From: Pristiophorus japonicus
Lineage: Eukaryota
NCBI RefSeq assembly: GCF_044704955.1
Contig: NW_027251843.1
Span: forward strand, 62,001 to 126,000
Length of the DNA: 64,000 nt
Reading direction: 5' to 3'
Positions within the stretch are counted from its first letter, which is position 1; the number at the start of each line of letters is the position of its first letter. Both the position numbers and the translations under genes were made by a program. The notes beneath the pieces are model-generated. The model ran no database searches, was not told the origin of the DNA, and saw nothing but the letters and a program-made list of their open reading frames with translations. Below, piece after piece: positions 37,232 to 49,250 of this stretch.

Positions 37232-40200
37232 TCTGGAGGATATGTTAGAAGGATCATCAAATGAGGCCATATGGGTTAAACTGATAAACATAAAAGGGGC
37301 GATCACACTGCTGGGAGTGTACTATAGACCCCTCAACAGTCAGAGGGAGATAGAAGAGAAAATATGTCAGCAAATTGCTGAGAAGGTCAAAAACAATCGG
37401 GCAGCAATCGTCGGGGATTTCAACTCCCCTCACATTAACTGGGATGGAATAGAGGGCGCAGAATTCTTCAAATGCATTCAGGAGAACTTTTATAGCCAGT
37501 ACTTAGCAAGCCCAACAAGGGAGGGGGCGGTTCTGGGCTTAGTTTTAGGGAATGAAGCTGGGCAGGTGGAAGGGGTATCAGTGGGAGAGCATTTTGATGC
37601 TCGTGATCATAATTCAGTTAGATTTAGGGTAGTTATGGAAAAGGACAAAGATCGAGCAGGAATAAAGGTTCTCAATTGTGGAAAGGCCCATTTTACTCAG
37701 CTGAGAGGTGATTTAGCAAAAGTGGGCTGGAAACAGCTACTTGAAGGTAAATCAGTGTCAGGGCAGTGGGAGGCATTCAAGGGGAAGATAGTGAGGGTTC
37801 AGAGCAAGTATGTTCCCACAAAGGAAAAGGGTGGCACTCCCAAATCTAGAGCCCCCTGGATGTCGAAGGGCATACAGGGTAGGATAAGGCAAAAAAGGGA
37901 CGCTTATGTCAGATACCCAGAGCAAATACTGCAGAAAGCCCAGAGGTGTATAGAAAGTCCTGGGGTGAAATTGAAAAGGAAATTAGGAATGCAAAGAGAA
38001 GGCATGAAAAAATATTGGCAAGTAAAATCAAGGAAAACTCAAAGATGTTTTTTAAATACGTAAAGAGCAAGAGGATAACTAAGAAAAGAGTTGGGCCTAT
38101 TGGAGAACAAAAAGGTAACCTGTGTGTGGAGGCGGAAAATGTGGGTATGGTTCTTCGTGAATACTTTGCATCTGTCTTCACAGAAGAGAGGGACGATGCA
38201 GACATTGTAATTGAGGAGAAGTGTGAATATTAGATGAGATAAACATAGTGAGAGAGGAAGTATTAAGGGGCTTAGCAGCTTTGAAAGTGGATAAATACCA
38301 GGCCTGGATGAAATGTATCCCAGGTTGTTGAGAGAAGCAAGGGAGGAAGTAGCGGAGGCTCTGACCATCATTTTCCAATCCTCTCTAGCTACAGGTGTGG
38401 TGTCATAAGACTGGAGGACTGTTAACGTAGTACCTTTGTTTCAAAACGGAGAAAGAGATAGACCGAGTAATTACAGGCCAGTCAGCTCAACCTCAGTGGT
38501 GGGAAAATTATTAGAAACAATTCTGAGGAAGAGGATAAATTATCAGATAGAAAGGGACGGATTAATCAAGGACAGTCAGCACGGATTTGTTCAGGGAAGG
38601 TCGTGCCTGACTAACTTGATTGAATTTTTTGCGGAGATAACAAGGAGGGTCGATGAGTGTTGCACCTTTGATGTAGTATACATGGATTTTTGCAAGGCTT
38701 TTGGCAAAGTCTCACGTGGCAGAAAAGTAAAAGCCTTTGGGATCCAAGGAAAAGTGGCAAGTTGGATCCAAAATTGGCTCAGTGGCAGGAAGCAAAGGGT
38801 AATGGTCAACGGGTGTTTTTTGACTGGAAGGTTGTTTCGAGTGGGGTTCCGCAGGGCTCAGTACTAAGTCCCTTGTTCTTTGTAATATACACCAATGATT
38901 TAGGCTTATATTCAATGGAATTTAGAAGAATGAGAGGGGATCTCATAGAAACATATAAAATTCAGACGGGATTGGACAGGTTAGATGCAGGAAGAATGTT
39001 CCCGATGTTGGGGAAGTCCAGAACCAAGGGTTACAGTCGAAGGATAACGGGTAAGCCATTTAAGACCGAGATGAGGAGAAACTTCTTCACTCAGAGAGTT
39101 CTGAGCATGTGGAATTCTCGACCACAGAAAATTGTTGAGGCCAATTCGTTAGATATATGCAAAAGGGAGTTCGATGTGGCCCTTACGGCTGAAGGGATCA
39201 AGGGGTATGGAGAGAAAGCCGGAATGGGGTACTGAAGTGCATGATCAGCCACGGTCATATTGAATGGTGTTGCAGTCTCGACGGGCCGAATGGCCTACTC
39301 CGGCACCTATTTTCAATGTTTATATGTTTCTACTTCAACGTCGGGGACATGATCCCCTACAAGGTTCCACACAAGAGATTGGTGTGCAAAATCAAAGCAC
39401 ATGGTATGTGGGGTAATATACTGATGTGGATAGAGAACTGGTTGGCAGACAGGAAGCAGAGAGTTGGGATAAACGGGTCCTTTTCAGAATGACAGGCAGT
39501 GACTAGTGGAGTGCCGCAGGGCTCATTGCTGGGACCCCAGCTCTTTACAATGTACATCAATGAGACAAGGGGTATGGAGAGAAAGCAGGAAAGAGATACT
39601 GAGGGAATGATCAGCCATGATCTTATTGAATGGTGTTGCAGGCTCGAAGGGCCGAATGGCCTACTCCTGCACCTATTTTCTATGTTTCTATTTTTCTATG
39701 ATTAAGAAGTTTGCAGATGATACATAAACTGGCCGTGCGGTTGGTAGTGAGGAAGAAAGCTGTGGACAGCAGGAAGATATCAATGGACTGGTCAGGTGGG
39801 TAGAACAGTGGCAAATGGAATTCAATCCAGAGAACTGTGAGGTAATGCATTTGGGGAGGGCTAACAAGGCAAGGGAATAAACATTAAATGGTAGGACACT
39901 GAGAAGTGTAGAGGAATAATGGGACACTGGAATGCAGGTCCACAGATCCTTGAAGGTAGTAGGCCAGGTCGATAAGATGGTTAAGAAGACATACGGAATA
40001 CTTGACTTTATTAGTCGCGGCATGGAATACAAGAGCAGGGAAGTTATGCTATAATTGTATAAAACACTATTTAGACCAGAGGAAGAGCACTGTGTGCAGT
40101 TCTGGTCACCACATTACAGGAAATGTGTGATTGCACCACAGAGGATACAGAGGAAATTTACAAGAATGTTCCCAGGACTGGAAATTTTTAGCTATGAGGA

Positions 40201-40580
40201 AAGATTGGATTGGCTGAGGTTATTTTCTTTGGAGCAGGGGAGGCTGAGGGGAGATTTAATTGAGGTGTATAATATTATGAGGGGCCTAGATAGAGTGGCT
40301 AGGATGGACCGATTTCCCTTAATAGAGAGGTCAACAACCAGGTGATATAGATTTAAGGTGTGGGTAGAGGGAAGTTGAGGAGAAATATTTTCCCCCAGAA
40401 GGTGGTGGGGGTCTGGAACTCACTGCCTGAAAGGGAGGTCGAGGCAGAAACCCTCACCACATTTAAGAAGTACTTGGATGTGCACTTCAAGTGCCGTAAC
40501 CCACAGGGCTATGAACCAAGAGCTGGAAAGTGGGATTAGGTTGGATAGCTCTTTGTTGGCCGGCACAGAGGCTAGGCTGA
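37232..40580 (+). mobile_element. CR1 ORF2 in the J-C intron, with two nested CR1 fragments (~38904-39330 and ~39354-39697)
   Basis: GVYYRP, GDFN, SQHGF and VPQGS motifs. Host sequence resumes at ACTTCAACGTCGGGGACATGAT and ATGATTAAGAAG. Confidence 0.88.
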
Positions 40581-40940
40581 ATGGTGTCAGCAAGTGGCTC
40601 AGTTGGTAGCACCCTCGCTTCTGAGTTAAAAATTGTGAATTCAAATCCCACTCCGGTGTCCTGGCCAATATTTATTCCTTAATCAACAAAACAAAATCAG
40701 TTTATTTTGTCATTATCACATTGCTGTTTGTGGGAGCTTACTGTGCACAAATTAGCTGCTGCATTTCCTACATTACAACAGTGACTATACTCCAAAAAGT
40801 ATTTCATTGGCTGTAAAGCATTTTGGGTAGTCTGGTGGTCATGAAAGGCACTATATAAATGCAAGTCTTTCTTTTCTCAGAGCCGAGCGTGCTAGTGACT
40901 GAGCCACGATTGACACCTCACGGTCGATTAGCCTGACACG

Positions 40941-41164
40941 CTCAGTCTCTGGGCTCACACTGGGACAGTGAGCCCACTTGGGGAGCTCAGTCTCTGGGCT
41001 CACACTGGGACAGTGAGCCCACTTGGGGAGCTCAGTCTCTGGGCTCACACTGGGACAATGAGGCCACTTGGGGAGCTCAGTCTCTGGGCTCACACTGGGA
41101 CAGTGAGCCCACTTGGGGAGCTCAGTCTCTGTGCTCACACTGGAACAGTGAGCACACTTGGGGA
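40941..41164. repeat. 45-bp minisatellite, 5 copies, each with an internal hairpin
   Basis: Unit CTCAGTCTCTGGGCTCACACTGGGACAGTGAGCCCACTTGGGGAG. Confidence 0.92.
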
Positions 41165-41416
41165 GGGGAGCTGTGCCCCAGAGGTAGTGCCTTCAGGAGT
41201 GAGATGGGGAGCAGATCACAGGCAGCCTGTGGTGTAGAGGGGAGACATTTCACCGGCCGAGGGCAGGTGCTGAGCCCGTTTACCTGTAAGAATGAGGTAA
41301 GTGGATGGGGAAAATGGGCCGGGCACTGAGGTAACGTCCTGTGTTGCTGGTGGAACTCCTGCTGTCTGCTCCGTCACATGTGACAAACACGCAGACACAT
41401 CAGGCGGACATCTGGG

Positions 41417-41870
41417 ATGGGGGATTGTCCAATGGAGAGATTGAATAGACTAGGCCTATATTCTCTAGTGTTTATAAGAAAGAGAGGGGATCCCATTGAA
41501 ACGTACAAAATTCTGACAGGGCTTGACGGGGTAGATGCAGGGAGAATGCTTCCTCTGGCTGGGGAGTCTAGAACCAGGGGTCACAGTCTCAGAATAAGGG
41601 GTCGGCCATTCAGGACTGAGATGAGGAGAAACTTCTTCACTCAGAGGGTGGTGAATCTCTGGAATTCTCTCCCCCAGAGGGCTGTGGAGGCTCAGTCCTT
41701 GAGAATATTCCGAAGATCGATAGATTTTTGGATATTAAGGGAATCGAGGGATATGGGGACAGTGCAGGAAAGTGGAGTTGAGGTAGAAGATCAGCCATGA
41801 TCTCATTGAATGGCGGAGCAGGCTCGAGGGGCCGAATGGACTCCTCCTGCTCCTAATTCCCATGTTCTTA
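41417..41870 (+). mobile_element. CR1 3' end
   Basis: LGLYSL..RGD.IETYK...NFFTQRVVNLWNSLP. Confidence 0.88.
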
Positions 41871-42699
41871 TGGAACGTTAGTCCGTGATCTGGGGATTTT
41901 CTGCTGGGTCCAGGTTTAATCAGCAGGGGAATTGTGCGAGTCCCAGTTAATAAAAAGAAAAGAGAAATTAAAGAAAGACCTGCATTTATATAGCGCCTTT
42001 CACACCTCAAGATTTTTCAAAGTGCTTCACAGCCAATGAAGTACATTTTTGAAGTGCGGTCATTGTTGTAATGTGGGAAACACGGCAACCAATTTGTGCA
42101 CAGCAAGCTCCCACACACAACAATGAGGTAATTGAGATTTTTAAGCGATGTAGGTTGCGGGATAAATATCATGCTGAACTCGAGCCACAGAAACAGCAAC
42201 TGAGAGTCTCCCCACAACCCTGGAGCACTGCAGCCGCCGGATTGCGAGCCCTGCTGCCCCTGTTTGTGATCAGAAGTTGGACAGGAGGTGAGCGGGGGCT
42301 GGACAGATCAGAGTTGGAGCTGGGGGAGGCGGGACCTCGGGAGTGTCAGTGTGCTGAGGCTGAGCTCAGTTATATCAGAGACTGTGACAGGAGCACAGAC
42401 TGCCCCCAGCGAGCTCACTCACTCACACCCACACTCTGCCCGTGTCTCACACACCGTGTCTGTCACACTGAGACAGGCAGGAGGCTCGGGACCGATTTCC
42501 GGGGATGGTGCAGGGATGGGACCGCAGTGTGCCAACGTCCAGATCTCCTCCACACGGTGGGTAACAGTTCGTTACTTATACTTTGCTGGGTGAAGGGGGA
42601 GTGTGGGTAAAGGAACACAGCCGGGCTCCCTGTCATACACAGCACTCTTCAATTAACCCTTTCATTCACCGCAGCTCTCCACCATATTATATAACCCAT

Positions 42700-43120
42700 A
42701 CACAGGCACTGGAGAGGGTGCAGTGAAGGTTTACAAGGATGGGACCAGAAATGCGAGGGTGTACATATCAGGAAAGGATGAACAGGCTGGGGCTCTTTTC
42801 TCTTGAGGCTGAGGGGTGACCTGATCGAGTTCTTTAACATGAGGAAAGGTTTTGATAGAGTGGATACAGAGAGAGTGTTTCCACTTGTGGGGAAGAGCAG
42901 AACTAGAGGCCATCAATATAAGATAGTCAGCAAGAAATCCAATCGGGAATTCAGGAGAAAATTCTTTACCCAGCGAGTGGTGGGAATGTGGAACTGGCTA
43001 CCACAGGGAGTGATTGAAGTGAATAGTATCGATGTATTTAAGGGGAGGCTAGACAGGGATATGAGGGAGAAGGGAATATGCTGATAGATTTAGATGAGAA
43101 AAGACGGGAGGCTCGAGTGT
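42700..43120 (+). mobile_element. CR1 3' end just downstream of J
   Basis: RLRGDLIE...FFTQRVVGMWN. Confidence 0.85.
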
Positions 43121-43219
43121 AATCATATGTAAACTAACACCTTCGCATATTCAGCATTTGTGTCTTGGAAAGATTCAGTATTTAAAGTGTTAATAACGGA
43201 GCATTGGGGTTTACTTACT

Positions 43220-43546
43220 CAGTCTGAGCTTGGTTCCTTTACTGAACGTGAGGGGAGCTGTAATATTGCTGACAGTAATAGACTGCGACATCTTCTCTCT
43301 GCACGTTGCTGATGCTCAGGGTGTACGTGTTGGACTGGTAACTGCCGGTGAAGCGATTGGAGGTTCCAGTGAAACGAGATACTGCATTATAGATCAGCAG
43401 AGTGGGTTTCTGCCCGGCTTTCTGCTGGTACCAATGAACATCATTGCTGGCGGATGCACTGGCGGTATAGGTGATGGTTGCAGTCTGTCCCTCACTCACT
43501 GACAGCACCGGGGGAGACTGGGTCATGATGACGTCCCCACTGATAC
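43220..43546 (-). pseudogene. IGKV-J (pseudo): Pre-joined VJ exon of a kappa-type light chain (out-of-frame join, Cys23->Tyr, J FGxG->FSKG)
   Basis: Acceptor ..ccccctcag. V reads GISGDVIMTQSPPVLSVSEGQTATITYTAS...WYQQK...EDVAVYYCQQYYSSP. It is followed directly by C ACG TTC AGT AAA GGA ACC AAG CTC AGA CTG A|gtaagt. No heptamer or nonamer lies between V and J. Confidence 0.93.
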
Positions 43547-43733
43547 CTGAGGGGGAAATGGGGAAAGAAAGTGAAGTAAACACTGTCACAGAAAGACGCT
43601 GTAAAATGAGAGGTTGCTCGAGACACTGAGCTCTCCTCTAGTGTCAGCATTTGCCCTTCAATCACTGGTCAGTAGAGTTGGACAGAAATCGACAGCAGGG
43701 AGATATTAAACGTGGAAGGAGAGAGATTGGTAC

Positions 43734-43782
43734 CTGCGACGCAGAATGCCAGAGGCCAGATCAGCTGGATGGGTGAAATCAT
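43734..43782 (-). CDS. Ig light-chain leader exon L1 (MISPIQLIWPLAFCVA-G)
   Basis: Kozak-like ACACCATG, 49-nt hydrophobic exon, phase-1 donor G|GTACC, 187-nt intron to V. Confidence 0.92.
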
Positions 43783-43841
43783 GGTGTCTGCTCCTGTCCC
43801 TGTGCCTGCTTACTGATAAACTGCCCTTCACTGGGCTCTGC

Positions 43842-43936
43842 TTTATAAACCTGCAGCCTGAGAGAGTCTCACTGCCCATCTCTCAGTATGTAAATGTCTT
43901 CACCCAGAGAAAGCCACATCAGCACATTTCACTTCC
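43842..43936 (-). promoter_or_regulatory. V-gene promoter: TATAAA (43842-47), octamer variant ATTTACAT (43888-95), Ets-IRF composite GGAAGTGAAA (43927-36)
   Basis: Motifs are in canonical order and orientation 60-155 bp upstream of the leader ATG. Confidence 0.7.
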
Positions 43937-44540
43937 TCTTCTTCTCCCCGTCTGTCTCCCTCCCTCTTCACCTCCCTCTCCCTTCCTCTCTCCATTCCCC
44001 CCCTCTCTCTCCATCCCCCCCTCTCTCTCCATCCCTCCCTCTCTCTCTCCATTACTTCCTCTTTCTCCCTCTCTCTTCCCCACAGACTCCCAGGTGCAAT
44101 ACACTGAAATGCAGAGTAAACCTCCCTGTGCCCTGCCCCACCAATGGATGTTAACCCTTGACCCCAGACCATACCTTCTCCTGGAGTAAGGCCCCATTCC
44201 CCACAGTGGCCATCCCTTGGCCTCTCTCAGTAAACTAGCTGTTTATTCCCCAGTTAAGGGCCGTTCTGTGCTGTGGCCCTATTCTCAGTGGGGACCGGAT
44301 TGGACAGAAAGCTCATTTCATGAAGGCCCAGCAGAGGGAGGAGATCCTCACCCCATCATTGTGAGCTGGAGCGACAGGACAGGGTCTGACCCACTGCCCC
44401 ATCCTGTCTGCTCAGAACATCTTCGATTCCCTTCCCCTTTCCTTCCCCTTCCATGGCCCCGCTCCGGTTCAGGGTGTTTTTACTGGGATCAGCTGCCGAC
44501 GATTGCACGTTTACAACAGGAAGGGTCCGCACTCCATATC

Positions 44541-44800
44541 CCACTGGTCCTCCAATAGGGCCCAGGAAACATGGCTCCTTCCTATTGGTCCCCCAGTAGT
44601 GAACAGGAAACCTGGCTCCTTCCTATTCGTCCCCGAACAGGGACCAGGAAACATGGATCCTTCCTATTGGTTCTCCAATAGGGAATAGGAAATCGGGCTC
44701 CTTCCTATTGGACCTCCAATAGGGCACAGGAAACATGGCTCCTTCCCATTGGTTCTCGAATCGGGTCCAGGAAATATGGCTCCTTCCTATTGGTCCTCCA
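44541..44800. repeat. ~41-bp tandem repeat, 6 copies, with AGGAAA and CCAAT/ATTGG motifs
   Basis: CAGGAAACATGGCTCCTTCCTATTGGT.CTCCAATAGGG repeated. Confidence 0.85.
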
Positions 44801-44819
44801 AAGACTGAACTTCGAACCC

Positions 44820-46510
44820 CACACCCTCTCTATTGCATCGGCCTCTTATTTCCATCTCCAACATTGCCCATCTCCACCCTACATCAGCCCCTTGATGGAA
44901 GAAACCCTTAGCTGAGCTTGTCTCATCGCCACATTCGATTATTCCGATGTCCCCTCCCAGCTTCCTTCATCCACTCTCCATAAAACCCAACTTTCCAAAA
45001 TGCAGTGTCCATACCCTGCCTCACACCAAGTGCTGTTCCAATATGACCCCTGACCTCACTGACCTACTACCCCTGACCTCACTGACCTACTACCCCTGAC
45101 CTCACTGACCTACTACCCCTGACCTTGTAGGTTGTTGGTTTCCCACTCTTCTCTGATTCATGAACCTCGGGAATTACGGGAAAGACTCCACGTAATGCAA
45201 AGTTTAGGCTTAACCCAACTGTTTGTTTATTACACAAAAACCAAATAAACATTACGCAGCAAGACTTCTTAGAGATTGACCGAAGACATACAATTGCCCT
45301 TCCAGCCAGTTGCTGCTGTTGTCGATTGTCGGCTCGTGGAGCGAGGGAAGGTGTTGGGTCCCCGCTGCTGCTTCATGGCTGTAGTTCATTGACCTGCTGG
45401 TCTGAGGTGTTTCTTCGACCTGTTGTTCCTCTCTCTGAGTTCTTGTTCTCAGCTCTTACAGATATATCCATTCGATTATACACATCTCCTGCTGGGCTGC
45501 CTTTCAGATAATGTATCTGGATGAGTCTCGATGGCTGTGATGATGGGTCTGGATATGTTCGGATGGCCACAATTCACACACAGAATCGACAGGGCAAAAG
45601 ATAACTCCTTATCTTTTGTGCCCCGTTATCCAAAAATGCACACCTTGTGGGATCCTTTGTTAGCCTGGGTTTTCGCAGACATGGAGTCTCCAGAGGGAAC
45701 TGGTTTTCCCCTCCGGCTAATTATTCCATGGGCTCCTCTGCTTGATTGTATCAAACCCTTTGTCTCGATGTTAATCGGGTCTCGTTCCTGACCCCAGGAA
45801 TCGCACTAATCAGTTATCAGTCACCACCTGCCCCTGGCTGGCAATCTTTCTCCCGCCCAACAGTCCCAAAGGTTTCTTTTAAACCATTTCAGTCTGTGGC
45901 CTCTTGCTGAGCCTCGATCATGAAATGTGTAAACCTTACAACTTCACTGACCTACTACCCCTGACCTTTGACCTACTACCCCTGACCTCACTGACCTACG
46001 GCTACTGACCTCACTAACCTACTGCCACTGACCTACTACCCCAGACCGAATACCTCTCACCCTTGACCTACTGCCCCTGACCTCACTGACCTTCTCCCCA
46101 TAACCTCACTGACCTACACTGCCTCCCTCAACCCCCAACACATCAAGTTTGAAAGCCTTGTCTCCGATTCCCTCCATGGCCTCTCTCCACCGTACCTCTG
46201 CGTCCTGCTGAGCTACACCCCACCCCCACCCCCGCCCCGGGCCCTTCGGTCTCCTCACTCCAGCCTCTTACCCATCGCTGCTTCGTGCATCCCACTGTTG
46301 ATGGGCAGAGTCTTCAGACACCTCGTCCCCGATCTCTGAACTCCCGGTTTTAATCCCGCCTCCTCTCCAGCTCTCTCTCCTCCATCAAACGCCATCCTTT
46401 CACCCAGGCCTTCAATCACCCTTCCTAAAGCCTCCCCAACCCCCGCTCCCCCAGTTCTTACAGCAGCGATGTGAAGCGTCTTGAGAGCTTTGGCACATTA
46501 AAGGCACCCG
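44820..46510 (+). mobile_element. Old L2-like 3' remnant with an expanded 23-bp minisatellite (TGACCTCACTGACCTACTACCCC), interrupted by a solo LTR
   Basis: L2-type 3' coding remnant lies on both sides of the repeat at 45045-45125 and 45941-46120. Confidence 0.6.
45126..45940 (-). mobile_element. Solo LTR (815 bp)
   Basis: TGTAGG...CCTTACA inverted ends, TSD ACCT/ACTT, second copy at 18371-19013. Confidence 0.88.
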
Positions 46511-46879
46511 ATCAATGCAGCCTGTGTGTGGATTTCGGGTGAGGACAGTGCTGGACACAGTGGTGAGGCCTCCTGCAGTCGGATATCCTGCTGAGAGGGT
46601 CCAGGCTTACACACGTGGAATGGGGAAGTGGGTGAGGTTGGATCGTGCTGTCGGGGCCCATGGAACTGGATCCCAGCATGAAGCCTTCCTCAGGAGAGGA
46701 GAGGGAATGTTCAGAGCCCTGGGCTCCATTTCTCACACCAGGCATTTCCTGTCCCAGTGAAAGAATGAGATGCCAATGTTGTGCCCAGGTTAGGGGCAGT
46801 CTCGTGCTGTGGGCTCAGGTCTGCAAGAGGGAATTGGATATATACTTGAAAAGGAACAATTTGCTGGGTTACGGGGGCG

Positions 46880-48503
46880 AGGAACTTAACACAATCACAA
46901 TCACTAAGGAGGTGGTACTCAGTAAGATAATGGGACTAAAGGCGGATAAATCCCCTGGACCTGATGGCTTGCATACCAAGGTGTTATGAAAAGTCGTGGC
47001 AGGGACAATGGATGCATTGGTTGTAATTTACCAAAATTCCCTGTATTCTTGGGAGGTCCCAGCAGATTGTAAAACTGCAAATGTAACGCCCCTATTTAAA
47101 AAAGGAGGTAGACAAAAAGCAGAAAACTTTCGATCAGTTCGCCTAACATCTGTGGTTGGGAAAATGTCGGAGTCCATTATTAAAGAAGCAGTAGCAGGAC
47201 ATTTGGATAAGCATAATTTAGTCAGGCACAGTAAGCATGGATTTATGAAGGGGAAGTCATGTTTGATAAAGTTGCAGAATTCTTTGAGGATGTAACGAGC
47301 AGGGTAGATAAAGGGGAACCAGTGGATGTGGTGTATTTGGACCTCCAGAAGGCATTTGACAAGATGCCACATAAGAGGTTACTGCATAAGATAAAAGGTC
47401 ACGGGGTTGAGGGTAATATATTAGCATGTATAGACGATTGGCTAACTAACAGAAAACAGAGAGTCTGCAAAAATGGTTCATTCTCGGGTTGGGAATCAGT
47501 AACTAGTGGGGTGCCGCAGGGATCAGTGCTGGGACCCCAACTATTTACAATATATATTGACGACTTGGATGATGTAACCGAATATAATGTAGTCAAGTTT
47601 CCTGATGATACAACGATGGGAGGAAAAGCAATGTGTGACAAGGATACAGAAAACCTGCAAAAGGACGTAGGCAGGCTAAGTGAGTGGGCAAAGATTTGGC
47701 AGATGGAGTGTCATGTTGGAAAGTGTGAGATCATGCACTTTGGCAGAAAAATTCAAAGAGCAAGTTATTATTTAAATGGAGAAAGATTGCAAAGTGCTGT
47801 GGTGCAGCGGGTACTTGTGCATGAAACACAAAAAGTTAGTATGCAGATACAGTAAGTGATCAGAAAGGCCAATGGAATCTTGGCCTTTATTGCAAAGGGG
47901 ACGGAGTATAAAAGCAGGGAAGTCTTGCTACAGCTATACAGGGTATTGATGTGGACACACTAATTTTGGATTCCATGTTTAAGAAAGGATATACTTGCTT
48001 TGGAGGCAGGTCAGAGAAGGTTCATTAGGTTGATTCAGGAGATGAGGATGTTGATTTCTGAGGAAAGGTTAAGTAGGTTGGGTCTCTACTCATTGGAATT
48101 CAGAGGAATGAGAGGTGATCTTATCGAAACATATAAGGTTATGAGGGGGCTTGACACGTTGGATGCAGAGAGGATGTTTCCACTGATGGGGGAGAATAGA
48201 ACTAGAGGGCACAATCTAAGAATAAGGGGTGCCCCATTTAAAACAGATGAGGAGGAATTTCTTCTCTCAGTGGGTTGTAAATCTGTGGAATTCGCTGCCT
48301 CAGAGAGCTGTGGAAGCTGGGTCATTGAATAAATATAATGCAGAGATAGGCAGTTTCTTAACCGACAAGGGAATAAGGGGTTATGGGGAGCGGGGTGGGA
48401 AGTGGTCCTGAATCCATGATCGGATCAGCCATGGTCGTATTAAATGGCGGAGCAGGCTCAAAGGACCGTGTGGCCGACTCCTGGTCCTATTTCTTACGTT
48501 CTT
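46880..48503 (+). mobile_element. CR1 RT and 3' end
   Basis: KSPGPDG, VPQGSVLGP and YIDD motifs plus the 3' tail. Confidence 0.9.
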
Positions 48504-48834
48504 TAACAGGGGAGGAGTGGGACTAATTGGGTAAATCTTTCAAAGAGCCAGCACAGGCACGAATGGCCGAATGGCCTCCTTCTGTGCTGTAAGATTCTAG
48601 GCTGTGAGTACGGTTCACAGTTTTCTCCCATGTCATTAACAAACGTACAGCTGTGACAACCTTCCTCTTTCATTTCCTCTATGGGTGAAGTTTTATTCTT
48701 CCGATCTGACAATCTCATCAGTTATTTTTTGCACGGGGGATTTCTGCTGTGGTCTGAGTCTTTAATAATAACCGTCCAATCAGGCAGAATAACAGCAGCT
48801 CGGACTGGCTAGGACAGCGAACCCAGGCTCAGTG

Positions 48835-49250
48835 CTGACCCTGCAACATCCTCCTCACCAACATCTGGGGACTTATGTCAAAAGTGGGAGAGCTGTCCCA
48901 CAGACTAGTCAAGCACCAGCCTGACATAGTCCTACTCACAGAATCATACCTTTCAGCCAATGTCCCTCCCAGTGCAAACAGTCGGGAGGGAGTGGCCCTG
49001 GGAGTCCTCAACATTGACTTCGGACCCCATGAAGTCTCATGGCATCAGGTCAAACACGGGCAATGAAACCTCCTGCTGATTACCACCTCCCGCCCTCCCT
49101 CAGCTGATGAATCAGTACTCCTCCATGTTGAACACCACTTGGAAGAAGCACTCAGAGGAGCGAGGACACAGAATGTACTCTGGGTGGGGGACTTCACTGT
49201 CCATCACCAAGAGTGGCTCGGTAGCACCACTACTGACCGAACTGGCCGAG
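48835..49250 (+). mobile_element. LINE APE-endonuclease fragment (different family)
   Basis: NIWGLMSKVGELSHRLVKHQPDIVLLTESYL...GDF. Confidence 0.7.

Noticed and set aside
43239-43589. 116-aa ORF as a complete functional V protein
   Set aside because: The listed start is intronic (the true leader is a separate exon), Cys23 is lost, and the frame stops at the J junction.
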